This document shows positions 27,833 through 38,012 of a stretch of 64,000 nt of DNA, one piece after another (position 1 is the stretch's first letter; each line of letters starts with the position of its first letter). The stretch is from a bacterium. Lineage in GTDB: Bacteria > Electryoneota > Electryoneia > Electryoneales > Electryoneaceae. The notes beneath the pieces were generated by a model, which saw only the letters and a program-made list of their open reading frames with translations, was not told where the DNA came from and did not search any database. A program made the translations under genes and the position numbers. Location: assembly GCA_963669175.1 (NCBI GenBank), contig OY769902.1, forward strand, positions 416,001 through 480,000, written 5' to 3'.

Positions 27833-30484
27833 TCAGAACAGAATCCGAAAAACTGCTTCCTGTCTACCAGCCGTAAAAGAGATTGTTGACCGGTACCACC
27901 CGCCGGCCATCTGTTTTGTTGCCATCTCCGTTTCATACACCTCACAGGCAACCTGTTTCGGCGGTTCGGGCGATACCAGGGTTACCTGAGTTTCTCGGCC
28001 CGTCACCCCTTCGCACGCCACGATGAATTGCTTTTCGCCAGCGTCCCAGCTTGCCTGGCGCAGGAACCCGGTAAGGTCTTCAACATAAGGTGCGGTCGGA
28101 GTACCACGAACGAAACGGACCGAGTCAGCCTGTTCAAACAACACGGCAGCATACACAGGATGACCATCTGCCTCAAGGCTGGTGAAAGCAGCTCCGGAAC
28201 CGGTGATCGTTACCTGTTCCGGGTGACCATTCACTACCAACATGAATGTGTCCGAAATCCGTCCTTCCGGGATATCCGGTGTATCTGGCACAAGGCGGAC
28301 ATGCCAGGGTGTTTCACGTACCCCCCGCAATTCATAGAGACAGTGCTCAAACCAGCCGCCCATCCAGAGGAAAGTCGGTTTGTCCACCTTGCCGTACAGC
28401 TCGGATTCCGGGTCAGCGTAACGGTATTCGTAAAACGACCTCTGTCCGCCGGGGCTGTTCGCCACACCATCCACTGTCAGGTTATTTGAAAGCGCGTTGT
28501 AGGCATCGTCCAGCCGTCCCTGGTGAATCAACGCCAGCACATACCACGCCGTGCCCTGGGACCACACGCCACCGTTGAAATATTTGTACGGTGCGCCGAC
28601 TTCGCCCTCAAGGTAACGGTAGCGTTCTTCCAGTCCCTGGAAATCGTGCGGCATGGCGTTACGAATCCCCAGGTTCGGGTCCAGCAGTTCACGTTCCGCA
28701 GTCGCCAGCAGTTTTCCCGAAAGGGTTGAGTCCAGCAGGTCAAACCACACCGATGTCAACGACCCGGAGAAATAATGCCTGTCCCATTCCCCCTCGTTGA
28801 TGTTCAGCAGATACTCCGCATCCTCATCCCACAGGCGCGGCAGGTTGGCCTGCAAGGTGTCTGCGATGTTTAAATGTTCGGCAATATTGCGGTTCGTTCG
28901 TTCAAGCTTTTGCAGCATGCCGCCGTACTCACGCAGCGCACGGCAGGTCAGGACAGTGAGATAGGTCTTGGGACCGGGCACTTTTCCGATATCCCACCAG
29001 TCGGGCCTGCTGCCGTGCATGAGCCCGTCATCCCCTAGCTGGCTCAAGACTGCCTTTACACTCGCATCCACAATCGGGAGCAGCTTCTGCACCGTTTCCA
29101 CATCCCCGGAATGACGCAGGTATTTAGCCGTCAGCAGGATAAACCAGAGATGATTCCAACTGTCCGCACCGCAATACTCGGATACATACTCACCATCCCT
29201 GAAATAGCGCGCATGGACCAGTGTGGCGCCCGGTTCCGTGAGTTTGCGGATGAAATTCAGGTCGTGCTTAACGGAATCTGTGTTGGAATAAACCTGTCCC
29301 AAATCGTTGACCAACACGTCATGAGTGAAGAAGAAATTGTATTGCGCCGGGCAGGGCATGTTGATGTGTGATTGTTCGAACGGGTGGTAGGTCGCTTTAA
29401 ATACTTTCCTGGCCCAGATTTGAGTTTGTAATGTCCAATCGATGGATTGGCTGGCTCCTGGTCGATATACTGGAATGTCAATATAAAGCTCCGGCATGGG
29501 TCTGGGGCAGGCACAAGTATAAAGATATCGTTCTGATAATTCGATGATATTGGTCGTTGATGTCTTTGTTCCTGACGAGTCTGTTTTTTCTGGGGTCATG
29601 GACTCTGCCCAGAGAAGGTATTCATAATTGACCGAATCTCCGGGTTCGAGATGAATCGGAAGCCACCCCTCAACAACCTGGTTTTCTATTCCGGATGAAT
29701 CAGTCCCGTGAACTATTCTCCAATCAGTTCTGATTAGACCCTTTGTTTTCTTGTCAGTATCCCCTCCCGTGTCCCGGCTGATAATGTCCCATTCTGACTC
29801 CCACGGCGCCGTTGAACCCGGTCTTCTTCCCAGGTTTTCCACCATCAATAGCACACGTGTAGAATCGGTGTCTTCATAGGGATATTTAAGCTGTATAAAA
29901 TCCAGATTGTACGTTCCGGTATCCAAATCCTGGTTTATCTCGGTAGGATATCGCCAGTTATATGAGTGACAGGTTCGAACGGCAGTATTCATATGGATAG
30001 TCAGATAACCATCAATTGGAATCAATGTTGTGTTTTGTAGTTTTAGCCTTGCCTGCATGGCAACAGTGCGACTGAAGCCCAGCTTCATATCATAGTTCAC
30101 GCCTGTTTTCATTTCACCAAACGTACCATTGAAATACGCATGAAGCGGTGTCCATTCGCAGTCAAATGGACGGCTGCCAAGCGTGTCCAGCGCCGGGCCA
30201 TCCTTGGTTTCATGCAGGGTGAAGAAGAAGACGCGCGAGGTGTCACGTGTCCAGTAGTCATGGCTGACATCCATACTGTTCGCTACCGGATCGTAGAAGG
30301 AGATGCGTGACGGCGCCGGCAGGTTATGATGGAATTCCATCCCGATGGCGCCGTACCCGATTTCCATGGAACTCAGTTTGTCCTTCAGTGTAGTCACTTC
30401 AATGGAATAGGATGGTGTAGACGGAAAGGATATCAGGCAGACAACCAGGAACCCCACAAGGGTCACAATGGCAATAGCACGCAT
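27833..30484 (-). CDS. exported glycogen-debranching-like (alpha/alpha)6 glycoside hydrolase of unknown specificity
   Basis: signal peptide; PCPAQYNFFFTHD, YLRHSGD, PDWWD, LWDE, YFNGGVW..GTAWY, FYEY, KPTFLW. Confidence 0.7.
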   Translation of the reverse strand: MRAIAIVTLVGFLVVCLISFPSTPSYSIEVTTLKDKLSSMEIGYGAIGMEFHHNLPAPSRISFYDPVANSMDVSHDYWTRDTSRVFFFTLHETKDGPALDTLGSRPFDCEWTPLHAYFNGTFGEMKTGVNYDMKLGFSRTVAMQARLKLQNTTLIPIDGYLTIHMNTAVRTCHSYNWRYPTEINQDLDTGTYNLDFIQLKYPYEDTDSTRVLLMVENLGRRPGSTAPWESEWDIISRDTGGDTDKKTKGLIRTDWRIVHGTDSSGIENQVVEGWLPIHLEPGDSVNYEYLLWAESMTPEKTDSSGTKTSTTNIIELSERYLYTCACPRPMPELYIDIPVYRPGASQSIDWTLQTQIWARKVFKATYHPFEQSHINMPCPAQYNFFFTHDVLVNDLGQVYSNTDSVKHDLNFIRKLTEPGATLVHARYFRDGEYVSEYCGADSWNHLWFILLTAKYLRHSGDVETVQKLLPIVDASVKAVLSQLGDDGLMHGSRPDWWDIGKVPGPKTYLTVLTCRALREYGGMLQKLERTNRNIAEHLNIADTLQANLPRLWDEDAEYLLNINEGEWDRHYFSGSLTSVWFDLLDSTLSGKLLATAERELLDPNLGIRNAMPHDFQGLEERYRYLEGEVGAPYKYFNGGVWSQGTAWYVLALIHQGRLDDAYNALSNNLTVDGVANSPGGQRSFYEYRYADPESELYGKVDKPTFLWMGGWFEHCLYELRGVRETPWHVRLVPDTPDIPEGRISDTFMLVVNGHPEQVTITGSGAAFTSLEADGHPVYAAVLFEQADSVRFVRGTPTAPYVEDLTGFLRQASWDAGEKQFIVACEGVTGRETQVTLVSPEPPKQVACEVYETEMATKQMAGGWYRSTISFTAGRQEAVFRILF

Positions 30485-30559
30485 TTTTCCTCCTGTTCAA
30501 GCCGGCAAGAGAATGTACACTATTCCCACATCATTCGCGCATATTTCACAGCAGAACAG

Positions 30560-30598
30560 AAAAAAAGCGTCCGGCCTTCGTAAGAAGACCGAACGCTG
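30560..30598 (-). terminator. intrinsic terminator of the giant T9SS gene
   Basis: agcgtccggccttc...gaagaccgaacgct hairpin preceded on the + strand by an A run. Confidence 0.65.
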
Positions 30599-30621
30599 AA
30601 TAACGTCAAGTAAAGAATCGC

Positions 30622-33600
30622 TTACTTCACCAGTACCATCCGTTTCAGATCGGTGAACTGACCGGCCTTGATCTGGTAGAAGTAGACACCGCTGGCGAGG
30701 TTGTTAGCGTCGAAGGAGACGGAGTGGAATCCGGCTTCCATGCGACGGTTGTCAACCAGGCGGGTGACTTCCTGACCCATCACGTTGTAGACAGTCAGTT
30801 GTACGTTCTGCGGGTCAACCAGGTCAAAGTGAATGCTGGTCAACGGATTGAACGGGTTCGGGTAGTTCTGATGCAGAGCGTAGGCCATCGGCATCTCACC
30901 CATGGTTTCATCGACATCAATGTCAACGAAGATAACCATCAGGTCAACCAATGGCGGGCTGCACCAGTACGGGCCCTGGAGTACGATTTCAGCGGAAATT
31001 TCGCTGTTGGGTTCGAAGCCAAGCTCTTGCGCCTTGCCGGCACGCACATCGACCTCAACAGTAATCGTTTGGGTTTCGGACGGCTGAATCTGACCTTCTG
31101 ACGGCGTCAGGTACAACCATGACAGCGGCGCAATGTAGCCTTCCCAGACATCGATGATATCGCTGCTTCCCTGTATCAGGGTAGCAATATCATATCGTGC
31201 CGAGTTGTAGCCACGCGTAATCTCCATACCACCGGCGGAACCGGCATCGGCTTCATAAATCACCTGCCAGTCTGTATCCCACTCGAAGGTTTCGGGATTG
31301 TACCGGTGAATGATACCACCTTCACCATGTTCATCCTGCGACAACGCCCAGATGGTATAGCCATCTTCATCGATCGGGTTGTAAGCCAGACCAAGTGTGG
31401 CGCCCATGTCGTCGTCAAGGTTCAGGTTGGCCGTATTGCCGGATTCAATGTCGTACACGACAAATCCGGAACCGCTCTGGATGGCGTAAATCTTTCCTTC
31501 GTCAGGATCAATTGCCAGCGCCATGGGCCAGATACCTACGTTCGCTTCCCAGGTGACTTCTGTCATATCCGGGTTAAAGCTGTAGATATCGCCGTTGTTG
31601 TTGCCACCGTAAAGCTTTTCATCAATACGGTTGTATGCCAGATCCAATGGACCGCCGCCGTTGTTGCCGATTACGTCATCCGGCCACGCACGGGCTGCTA
31701 CGGGGTTACCATCCGATGTGAATTCGTACAGGTAGTTTTCACCTTCGATCATGCCATCGATGTCAACACCCGTCACGAAGATGCCATCTTCAAGAACCGC
31801 CACACCAACCAGACCATCATTCATGGTCAGGGAACCAACATCCAGGGTAAAGATGTAGTCGAACAATTCATCCAGCTCGCCTGCTGCCTGAACCGGTCCA
31901 ATACCCGGGGTGCTGAAGCTCAATGTTGATGGGTCTGTAGATGACGATGTTGTTTTACGCATCATACGGCCGTTGTCCCTTGACCGTGGTCCGGCCGTTA
32001 CCTCTTTTCCGGACGACTCTGTCTGCTGGGTAACATTGTTACTCGGAATCACCCAGACATAGGAATTCCAGTCCAGAACGCCCGTACCGATGCTTTCCAG
32101 ATCAAATGATGTACTGCCGGTTGAATCAGCTTGATTGTTCAGGTTGACAATCACTTCCAGGGTCGATGTATTGATTTCACCGTCAGGGAAGACCAATGGA
32201 CGACCGGACTGGTTGGTGAAGTTGATTTCCAGGGTGTCGCCATCCAGGAATTCAATTTCTGTTACCTCGCCAGTCCAGTAACAAGGATACTCAACAAGGA
32301 TATCCAAGGTATCATCTGCCGGGATGCCACGCAGGAAATAATATCCTGTCGCATCCGTATAGGTACCCAGCGTTGGGTAGTCGCTTATGTATACAAAGGC
32401 ATTTTCCATGGGTTCATCATCCGCATCCATGACTACGCCTGTAAAGCATCCGCGCGCCAAACCGTAGACGCCCCAAAGTTCAAAATCGTCAATGGCAACG
32501 CCGTAGTAGCCATTCTGCCAATCACTGGATCCATGGTGGAAGCGGAGGTAGAATGAATCAGCCTCTGCAACGTAGTTCGTCAGGTCGTAAATCATCCGTT
32601 CCCAGCCAGCGCCTTCATTGGGTTGGGTCCAACCTGGTTCATTCATAAACCAGAGGTTTTCGTAGTTGTAGCCACCAACTGGCTGAATGATCTCCCACGA
32701 ATTACCTTCGTCGGTAGAACACTGCAGGTTGTAGCCACCATCTCCCCAGGCATAGTCACGCCAGTGCTTGTACATAAGCAGGACGCTGGTTTCGCCCGTA
32801 GCTGCCCAACCATGCTGGCTGGTCAGGTACTCATCTTCATTGGTGTTATAGGGGCCAGTCAGGGTTGTAGCGAATACATAATCGCCGTCTAACGCACTCC
32901 CCGGGCCTCCAGTTGGTTCACCAAGCTGCCAAGCTGTGCCGTCATCGTTGAACGGTTGGTCCTGCTGAACTTGCTGATCCGGCTCAAAGCTTGTCCAGTA
33001 CGGGGCGTTACCGATGCGTATCAAGTTGAAACCATCATCCCCGCGCACATCTGCCGCCATGGAGAAGTTGGGAACTTCGTCGTAGGCTATGACCTGGTAA
33101 GTATAATAGCCAGCGTCCGTAACTTCGTCGTCGTAGGAAGTTGCGTTCGGCCCCAGGTCTGCAATCTGGACACCGTCACGGTAAAGCAGATAACCTTCCA
33201 GGTCAACAATATCAGTACCGTCTTCGTTTGTCGTGACTGCATCCCATGTCACAGTCGCTTCCAGACGGTCATGATCAATGTCACCCATCCCAGCGTTGCC
33301 GGGTGATGCCGGTGGCATGTAGAACCAGGTATCCACATCATCAGTCGGGTCGGATTCGATGTCTTCACCGTGTTCAACATTCAGTGCTGTAACCCGGTAA
33401 TAAACATGTTGTCCTGCGTCGCCTGTAATATCACTTTCGTACTGACTACCGTACTCGATGAGGTAAGGAATCTCATCTTCTGTTACGACATCTTCGTTAA
33501 CCTGTTCCCAGTTCGTGCCGTCAGTGGACTTGTAGAAGTAGTAACCGGTAAACTCGTCCAGTTCACCGCCACCCGTCAGACCGGCACGAGAATAGACACC

Positions 33601-36600
33601 GGGACGCAGATGGTTAGGACCATCATGCATATTGTTGGAAACACCCATGCCGTTGTTGGCATTTACAGGGAAGGTCGCCATGTCACGATTGTATTCCAGT
33701 GGATTCTGGGGGAAGTCCGGCGCAGCAGCCACTTCCTGATTGGCGTTGAATGCCAGCACCCAGGCACGGAACATCGGGTCGCCACCCATCCAATAGTCCC
33801 AACCATCCTCCCAGCCATTGTCTGTGCAATAGAGGTGGGAAAAACCATCATCCATTTCACCATCAGCGCAGATGGCTTCGGAGGTGTTGTGACCCGGCAC
33901 AACATACAGACCGATCCAGAATGTGCCATCGATCAGTACGGCTGGCTCGTAAATGGCCCAGGGTTCGTCCGCAGAAGTCGTAATCTCTTCGGAAGTGTAC
34001 AGCAATTCTCCGGGCAGGTTGTTGTCACCATTGGCCCAGACCATGCATACCACGGGATCATGTTCACCATCCGGCCACGGACCTGGCTGGTAATTTTCGT
34101 CGTCTTCATGGGTAAGCCTGATCTCACCCTGTAACAGGATACCTTCACCATCGATGGTGTAGGGAACCGCCCAGTTCATGTCTTCAGAGTTTGGCGTCCA
34201 GTAGGTGGCGTTCATCATCTCGCCATCATCGTAACTCATGTACATCAGGGTGCCAACAAATCCTGGAGGCATGACGTTTACACTGACTCCATTATCATAA
34301 TACTGATCTTCTGAAATCAGCACCGGCGGTGTTTCCGGTGATACCCAGTTCATCACCACATCTTGCGTGATGTAATAGCTGTCATGACCAAAGGCCAAAT
34401 CAGTGTGATCTGTATTCGGGTCACACTGGTTGGCAACTACTTCCAGGTCGAATGTACGGCTACAATCCAGAACTCTCAGGAACTCGTACCAGCCTGTTGC
34501 GTCTGACGTTTCGGTATATTCAACACCTTCACTGTCTGTCAGAGTCAGCATGGCGTTTTCTACAATACCGCCATCTTCATCCGTGACAGTACCCTGAATT
34601 GTTCCCAGCGGCTCAAGGTCAAAATCAGCCGTAATGAAGTACTCGTCTTCAGCAAACGTATACCCATCATCCGTCTGATCCACGTACCCGACGCAGCGCA
34701 TCGAGATGCTGTGTTCATCATCGAGATCGAATTCACGCACGAATTCGTAGTATCCCTCTTCGTCCGTGGTACGATCCCACCTTTCACCGTCAGAACTCTC
34801 AACCGTGACAGTAGCATTCGGGACGGGATTGCCGTTGGCCAGGTTCAGGATGGTACCGGAAATTGTACCGGCAGGAAGAAGTTCCATGTCCACTGTGGTG
34901 TCAAACTCTTCACCTTCAATGGTAACGTCTTCGTAGGTTTCCGAACTATAACCAGTGGCTGAGAAAGTCAGATCCCAGGGGCCTGCATCACGGTCAACCA
35001 AAACCGTGTAGAAACCATTTTCATCTGTAGAAGCGCCCCAGACTTCGCCATCGGCGTCATGTGCCATCACGGAACCACCGACAACTGGGTCGCCAGTGAT
35101 CAAGTCTGTGACTACACCGTTGATGCCACCCCAATCCCAATCGGGAGAACGGAAAGCAATGCCACACCCATCCGTAATATTTTCAATAGGATAGGTAAAA
35201 GCAACATCACCATCACCGTTTTCAATACCGATTCCGTTGGAGTTGTTCGCCGTCCAGTTGTCGGCTTCCTGGTATTGAATCCTTATCGATCCGGATTCAC
35301 AATCGAGAATGGCTTCCAGCGAAAAACGGTAATCCGGATAGCCAAGAGGATAGAAATAGTACTGGATGACTACCCGGTCGTTTTCTTCATCCACAAGGTA
35401 CCAGATCCCCATGCCATCACCTGTCTCACCGCAGTGATGGTCACCATCCAGCACACAAACAGTCGCGTTCGGTAAATCTGCGCCGGGGAGTTCTACCCAG
35501 ATGTTGCCCCATTCCGGTTCAAGGAAGCAGAACCAGCCATTGGAACAGACCCAGAAGCTGGAGTATTCTTCGCCAAAGAACTCGAAACTCAGGGGGGCAA
35601 TACTCAGTTCACCACTAAGTTCATCATCACCAAATCCTAATCCCAGGGTGCCATCGCCACCATTATCCGGGATAATTTCAATCCACTCAAAACCGGCATC
35701 GCCAACAATGTAAAGATCACCTGTCGGCAACGGTCTGGCTGAAAGTGTATCGGTAAACACCAGGTAGTCGTCGCCATACCCGTAGTCGGCTGCAACAGCA
35801 ACACTGTAAAGGCTGCCGTTTGCAAGATCACCAAAGGTATAGCTTGTCCCTGTAATAGCCCGATCCGTTAACATTGACATACCGTTAGGATAAATCAATT
35901 TGCAACGGTAGCCGATGAAATCACTAATATCGTCCAGCTCATCCCCATTCTCTTCAGCACGAATCATCGCGTTCTGAAGGTTCTGAAGCTGGAATTTGCG
36001 TTGTTCCAGGTCTGCAATCTTGGCCAACTCTCTCGCATTACCATGCTGTTGAACAGTGGCGATCGCACGATCAAGCGCTTCAATCTGATCTGTAAGCATC
36101 GCAACTTCTTCAACCGGATGGTTTGTCGGGGGTTCCCAGTTCAGGGTCAGCTCTTCACTGCCTACGCTGATCGTAAAGGAAGTAGGCGCCAGAACCTCGT
36201 TGGCGTACAGCTCAATCGGCATCGTTTCAGCAGACACCTCTGTGCCAACGTAACGAGTCAAATGGTAACCTTCTGATCCTGCCGGATCAAAAGCCATTGT
36301 AATCAGGTAGGTTCCTGTCGGCTGATCACCGAAATCAAACGCGCCGTTGGCATCTGTTTCCGTGGAGATATCCAACACTGGAATGCTGACAGTGATGCCT
36401 TCAACCGGAGTATCCGGTGTATCGGCCGAATAGACTGTACCGCTGATTTGAACTTCGCCGGCGTTCGTCTGAAGGGTGAAGTTCTGATCTGTGGTGTCAT
36501 CGGCAAGAACCGTAAGTTCTGTCACCGTACTGGTCAGGTAACCAGGGGCGAAGGCCGTAACTGTGTAGGTTCCTTCCAACAGAGTTTCTGCAACGATGTA

Positions 36601-37500
36601 TTCACCGTCTTCATCTGTATAAACGGTAGCCATCCACTCATCGTTTGCTTCGTTCCAGACCGTTACTTCTGCACCAGGAACAACCAGATCGTTCGTGTTC
36701 GCAACCCACCCCATCAGGGTTCCCCAGGTCGGGTGGAAGGCTGCATAGGTGATGGTATTCGGCAGAATATAGTCGCCGGGATTACCATTGCCCCACAAGA
36801 AGGATGTGGTGTTGGTGCAAACGATCACATGACCGCGCCCGTGATCGTACTCAAGCAGTACCGGCAAGTCGCCGCCCTCATCATAAGCAATAATGATATG
36901 AGCGTCATCCGGGTAGTCAACGATCGTACCGTGGTTGGCCGAGTTGCCTTCCGGGTTGACCTGTTCAAAAGTAATCGGATGTTGATCATCAATGATGTAG
37001 TTCATTTCACCGTAATTATTGGTATTGTAGGTTGTGCCATCCCACAGTTCCCAATAGGGGTTATGGCTGTTGTTGGCGCCAAGCATCACAAACCAGCCAC
37101 CGTCATCAACATAGGCTTCAATCTGGTCCATGGCGCCATTCAGGTTGACGTAAAAATCATCCCATTGGCAGTCGTTGGTGAAAACCGCCATGTACTGATC
37201 CAGATCTGTGTCCGCAAGATCTACTGAGTTGATGATGTCATACGTTATGTCTTCGATACTTTCCAGCAATGGCGTTATATCGGACCAGCCGATTCCATCG
37301 CTGATAAAAGCGATATGCGATTCATCAAGCTCGCTGATGCGAGTCTCCATAGGAACCCAGGGAACAGGATCTGTCGATCTTACTCCTGTTTCCTCTGCTC
37401 CTGAAAGCATCTGCCCGGATAGCTGGTTTTGTGCGAAGGCATACGGACTTAGCACAAGCAACATTCCCAGCAGCAACAATACATAACGGTCGCATCTCAT
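30622..37500 (-). CDS. giant multidomain surface protein (carboxypeptidase-regulatory-like repeats, FN3, jelly-roll, propeller) with T9SS CTD
   Basis: AAGGAGAG SD before ATG 37500; signal peptide; repeated G.I.G.V.D...P...A.V...TD..G.Y modules; LHQNYPNPFNP...SGVYFYQI...KRMVLVK. Confidence 0.85.
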   Translation of the reverse strand: MRCDRYVLLLLGMLLVLSPYAFAQNQLSGQMLSGAEETGVRSTDPVPWVPMETRISELDESHIAFISDGIGWSDITPLLESIEDITYDIINSVDLADTDLDQYMAVFTNDCQWDDFYVNLNGAMDQIEAYVDDGGWFVMLGANNSHNPYWELWDGTTYNTNNYGEMNYIIDDQHPITFEQVNPEGNSANHGTIVDYPDDAHIIIAYDEGGDLPVLLEYDHGRGHVIVCTNTTSFLWGNGNPGDYILPNTITYAAFHPTWGTLMGWVANTNDLVVPGAEVTVWNEANDEWMATVYTDEDGEYIVAETLLEGTYTVTAFAPGYLTSTVTELTVLADDTTDQNFTLQTNAGEVQISGTVYSADTPDTPVEGITVSIPVLDISTETDANGAFDFGDQPTGTYLITMAFDPAGSEGYHLTRYVGTEVSAETMPIELYANEVLAPTSFTISVGSEELTLNWEPPTNHPVEEVAMLTDQIEALDRAIATVQQHGNARELAKIADLEQRKFQLQNLQNAMIRAEENGDELDDISDFIGYRCKLIYPNGMSMLTDRAITGTSYTFGDLANGSLYSVAVAADYGYGDDYLVFTDTLSARPLPTGDLYIVGDAGFEWIEIIPDNGGDGTLGLGFGDDELSGELSIAPLSFEFFGEEYSSFWVCSNGWFCFLEPEWGNIWVELPGADLPNATVCVLDGDHHCGETGDGMGIWYLVDEENDRVVIQYYFYPLGYPDYRFSLEAILDCESGSIRIQYQEADNWTANNSNGIGIENGDGDVAFTYPIENITDGCGIAFRSPDWDWGGINGVVTDLITGDPVVGGSVMAHDADGEVWGASTDENGFYTVLVDRDAGPWDLTFSATGYSSETYEDVTIEGEEFDTTVDMELLPAGTISGTILNLANGNPVPNATVTVESSDGERWDRTTDEEGYYEFVREFDLDDEHSISMRCVGYVDQTDDGYTFAEDEYFITADFDLEPLGTIQGTVTDEDGGIVENAMLTLTDSEGVEYTETSDATGWYEFLRVLDCSRTFDLEVVANQCDPNTDHTDLAFGHDSYYITQDVVMNWVSPETPPVLISEDQYYDNGVSVNVMPPGFVGTLMYMSYDDGEMMNATYWTPNSEDMNWAVPYTIDGEGILLQGEIRLTHEDDENYQPGPWPDGEHDPVVCMVWANGDNNLPGELLYTSEEITTSADEPWAIYEPAVLIDGTFWIGLYVVPGHNTSEAICADGEMDDGFSHLYCTDNGWEDGWDYWMGGDPMFRAWVLAFNANQEVAAAPDFPQNPLEYNRDMATFPVNANNGMGVSNNMHDGPNHLRPGVYSRAGLTGGGELDEFTGYYFYKSTDGTNWEQVNEDVVTEDEIPYLIEYGSQYESDITGDAGQHVYYRVTALNVEHGEDIESDPTDDVDTWFYMPPASPGNAGMGDIDHDRLEATVTWDAVTTNEDGTDIVDLEGYLLYRDGVQIADLGPNATSYDDEVTDAGYYTYQVIAYDEVPNFSMAADVRGDDGFNLIRIGNAPYWTSFEPDQQVQQDQPFNDDGTAWQLGEPTGGPGSALDGDYVFATTLTGPYNTNEDEYLTSQHGWAATGETSVLLMYKHWRDYAWGDGGYNLQCSTDEGNSWEIIQPVGGYNYENLWFMNEPGWTQPNEGAGWERMIYDLTNYVAEADSFYLRFHHGSSDWQNGYYGVAIDDFELWGVYGLARGCFTGVVMDADDEPMENAFVYISDYPTLGTYTDATGYYFLRGIPADDTLDILVEYPCYWTGEVTEIEFLDGDTLEINFTNQSGRPLVFPDGEINTSTLEVIVNLNNQADSTGSTSFDLESIGTGVLDWNSYVWVIPSNNVTQQTESSGKEVTAGPRSRDNGRMMRKTTSSSTDPSTLSFSTPGIGPVQAAGELDELFDYIFTLDVGSLTMNDGLVGVAVLEDGIFVTGVDIDGMIEGENYLYEFTSDGNPVAARAWPDDVIGNNGGGPLDLAYNRIDEKLYGGNNNGDIYSFNPDMTEVTWEANVGIWPMALAIDPDEGKIYAIQSGSGFVVYDIESGNTANLNLDDDMGATLGLAYNPIDEDGYTIWALSQDEHGEGGIIHRYNPETFEWDTDWQVIYEADAGSAGGMEITRGYNSARYDIATLIQGSSDIIDVWEGYIAPLSWLYLTPSEGQIQPSETQTITVEVDVRAGKAQELGFEPNSEISAEIVLQGPYWCSPPLVDLMVIFVDIDVDETMGEMPMAYALHQNYPNPFNPLTSIHFDLVDPQNVQLTVYNVMGQEVTRLVDNRRMEAGFHSVSFDANNLASGVYFYQIKAGQFTDLKRMVLVK

Positions 37501-38012
37501 GTAACTACTCTCCTTGTACGTAACACGTTGCTGTAGGTGGATCAGAACTTGGCTGGTAAACGATAGTTTGCTGGCAGGTAGCAACTCCGTTAACCCGTGC
37601 TTGTTACCATCGCCTGTTCAGGAGGACTGACGGGTTGGAGTTGTCTTTGGTATTCCTTTTAGGTGAGTATATGTTGTGTCGCTTTAAAACCCATCGACTC
37701 CGAATCCTCCCACCCATTTGTTAAGAATGAGGATTCAACTACACAACATGTGTAACTCAAGCCTGGGACAACTTCACAGCATCTGTCTGTCAAGAACAGG
37801 AGAATATCAAAAAAGTCGCGTAGAAAAAGTGAATCGGTTTTCTCCCCGTTATTAAACTAGAGTAGTTTCATTTCAAGAAACAAGTGCCCTCGGAGTCACC
37901 AATAAGATTGTTATACCACAACTTATGAAATTTGGCGTAAAGTTTGTTACCCTGCAAAAGAGTCCCAAATATTGCAATTTTTATTTCTTTGTTCAAAATT
38001 CACTTCATTATT

